DNA from: a bacterium (candidate division B38) B3_B38
GTDB taxonomy: Bacteria; Acidobacteriota; B3-B38; Guanabaribacteriales; B3-B38
Direction: 5' to 3'
DNA: 60,670 nucleotides
NCBI GenBank assembly: GCA_005223145.1
Contig: NJBL01000004.1
Span: 1 to 60,670 of the forward strand
In this document: positions 59,727 to 60,670 of the stretch, piece after piece
How positions within the stretch are numbered: the stretch's first letter is position 1
How the letters are laid out: each line of letters starts with the position of its first letter
Program-made: the position numbers and the translations under genes
Notes under the pieces: generated by a model
What the model saw: the letters and a program-made list of their open reading frames with translations, nothing else
Told to the model about the DNA's origin: nothing
Database searches by the model: none

Positions 59727-60281
59727 ATGGCAGATTGGCTCTCATTAGTTGGTTTAATTCCCTTAATTGACAGGATAAGGAAAAGACCAAAACTTGAAAT
59801 AACTCCTAAACATGAGAAGTCCCATTTTTATCAAAAATATCAATTTAACGAATTAACTGGGAAAATAGGAAAGCCAATTGGCACTGTATTGGAATTTTGT
59901 CTTACTATCGAAAATAAGGGTAGGGGAGAAGCTAAAGTGAAACAATTCGATATAAAGATTAAGGATATAGATAAAAACTATATAGATATAAAACATATTG
60001 AGCTCATCAAGAAGAGAGGAAGAAACTCAGAATTTAGAACAATACCAAAATTTAGAACAAGCAAAGGATGGCAACTTATAAGCCCACCTAAGGAAATATT
60101 GGTAAAAGATAGTTACATAATAAGGATAGCAGCTGATGACCGAACCCATGAGGGATATTTATATTTCCCTAGAGAGGATAATATTCCGGAAAATAAAGAA
60201 CAAATTGAATGTATTTTAAGACTTAAATATGGTAGAAAAAAAACTGAGGCAAAATTCAATTTAACTAGAAAGGATTGTTAG
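59727..60281 (+). CDS. AT-rich, Lys-rich hypothetical protein (islet cargo)
   Basis: 184-aa ORF with sharply lower GC than ychF, lying between the two ychF-end copies. Confidence 0.75.
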   Translation: MADWLSLVGLIPLIDRIRKRPKLEITPKHEKSHFYQKYQFNELTGKIGKPIGTVLEFCLTIENKGRGEAKVKQFDIKIKDIDKNYIDIKHIELIKKRGRNSEFRTIPKFRTSKGWQLISPPKEILVKDSYIIRIAADDRTHEGYLYFPREDNIPENKEQIECILRLKYGRKKTEAKFNLTRKDC

Positions 60282-60395
60282 CCATATTATTAAGTAAGCC
60301 TTACATTTTTATTAATATTTCGAGGAATTGGGGGAGGGTTATATCGGAGAAAAGCTCCGGTCAGCTCACTAAATGGAGTCTTCTTGCAATGCGAG

Positions 60396-60467
60396 CTGCT
60401 GCGGCTGGAGGGGAAGACATACCAGGTGCAGGATGGCGATGTCATCTACTTCCGGTTTAGCACATGA
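60396..60467 (+). repeat. Copy 2 of the ychF 3' end (displaced gene fragment, attR-like)
   Basis: CTG CTG CGG CTG GAG GGG AAG ACA TAC CAG GTG CAG GAT GGC GAT GTC ATC TAC TTC CGG TTT AGC ACA TGA gives the same peptide as the ychF C-terminus. Confidence 0.9.
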
Positions 60468-60526
60468 GGATAATTTCCACAAATTATTGAAATATTTTTT
60501 GGTTTGAAATTATATTTTGGTTGAAA

Positions 60527-60670
60527 ATGGTGATAGAAATAAGGTCAGAAGACGAGCTAAGAAAAAAAATCATAGAGTATTTAAAAGCAGATGAAGAAGT
60601 TATCAATGTTGATGATAGATGCAGTGGCATTGAATTTGGTGCTGATATCACATTTGAAAAACCTGATTAT
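60527..60670 (+). CDS. AT-rich ORF truncated by the window end, possible restriction-endonuclease-like N-terminus
   Basis: Open frame MVIEIRSEDELRKKIIEYLKADEEVINVDDRCSGIEFGADITFEKPDY... Confidence 0.55.
   Translation, partial: MVIEIRSEDELRKKIIEYLKADEEVINVDDRCSGIEFGADITFEKPDY

Noticed and set aside
60275-60460. 61-aa ORF
   Set aside because: An out-of-frame reading across the spacer and the displaced ychF tail.

Overview
A bacterial chromosomal or metagenomic segment of about 60.7 kb, probably from an anaerobic diderm. The FtsZ N-terminus and one MraZ look Acidobacteriota-like, which is inference only. From left to right: (1) a mosaic first ~1.07 kb of fusA, an unknown high-GC piece, guaA and ileS fragments running into the 3' half of cysS, most likely an assembly chimera; (2) yraN, tRNA-Gly and tRNA-Cys; (3) a dsrC/tusE - dsrM-like - dsrK-like module with a convergent cysteine desulfurase; (4) a Tat-exported D-aminoacylase and a B3/B4 trans-editing protein; (5) an alpha-galactoside/heteroside utilisation cluster (GH36, GH63-like, degenerate M24, mutarotase-like, DAACS, SSS, galK); (6) a CBM9/DUF5916 protein, ALDH and a histidine phosphatase; (7) a TCA operon headed by a LeuC/LeuD-type two-subunit hydro-lyase where an aconitase would be expected (icd, mdh, fumarase alpha/beta, sdhCDAB, ndk); (8) a transglutaminase-TPR lipoprotein; (9) a dcw cluster lacking ddl and headed by two tandem mraZ paralogues with different repeat boxes; (10) ychF followed by AT-rich cargo genes. 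The strongest signal is at the right end. The last 23 codons of ychF occur twice, 768 bp apart, with the same amino-acid sequence and 15 of 72 nt changed, all synonymously, and each copy is followed by an AT-rich orphan gene. This suggests cassette-like integration or accretion at the ychF 3' end.
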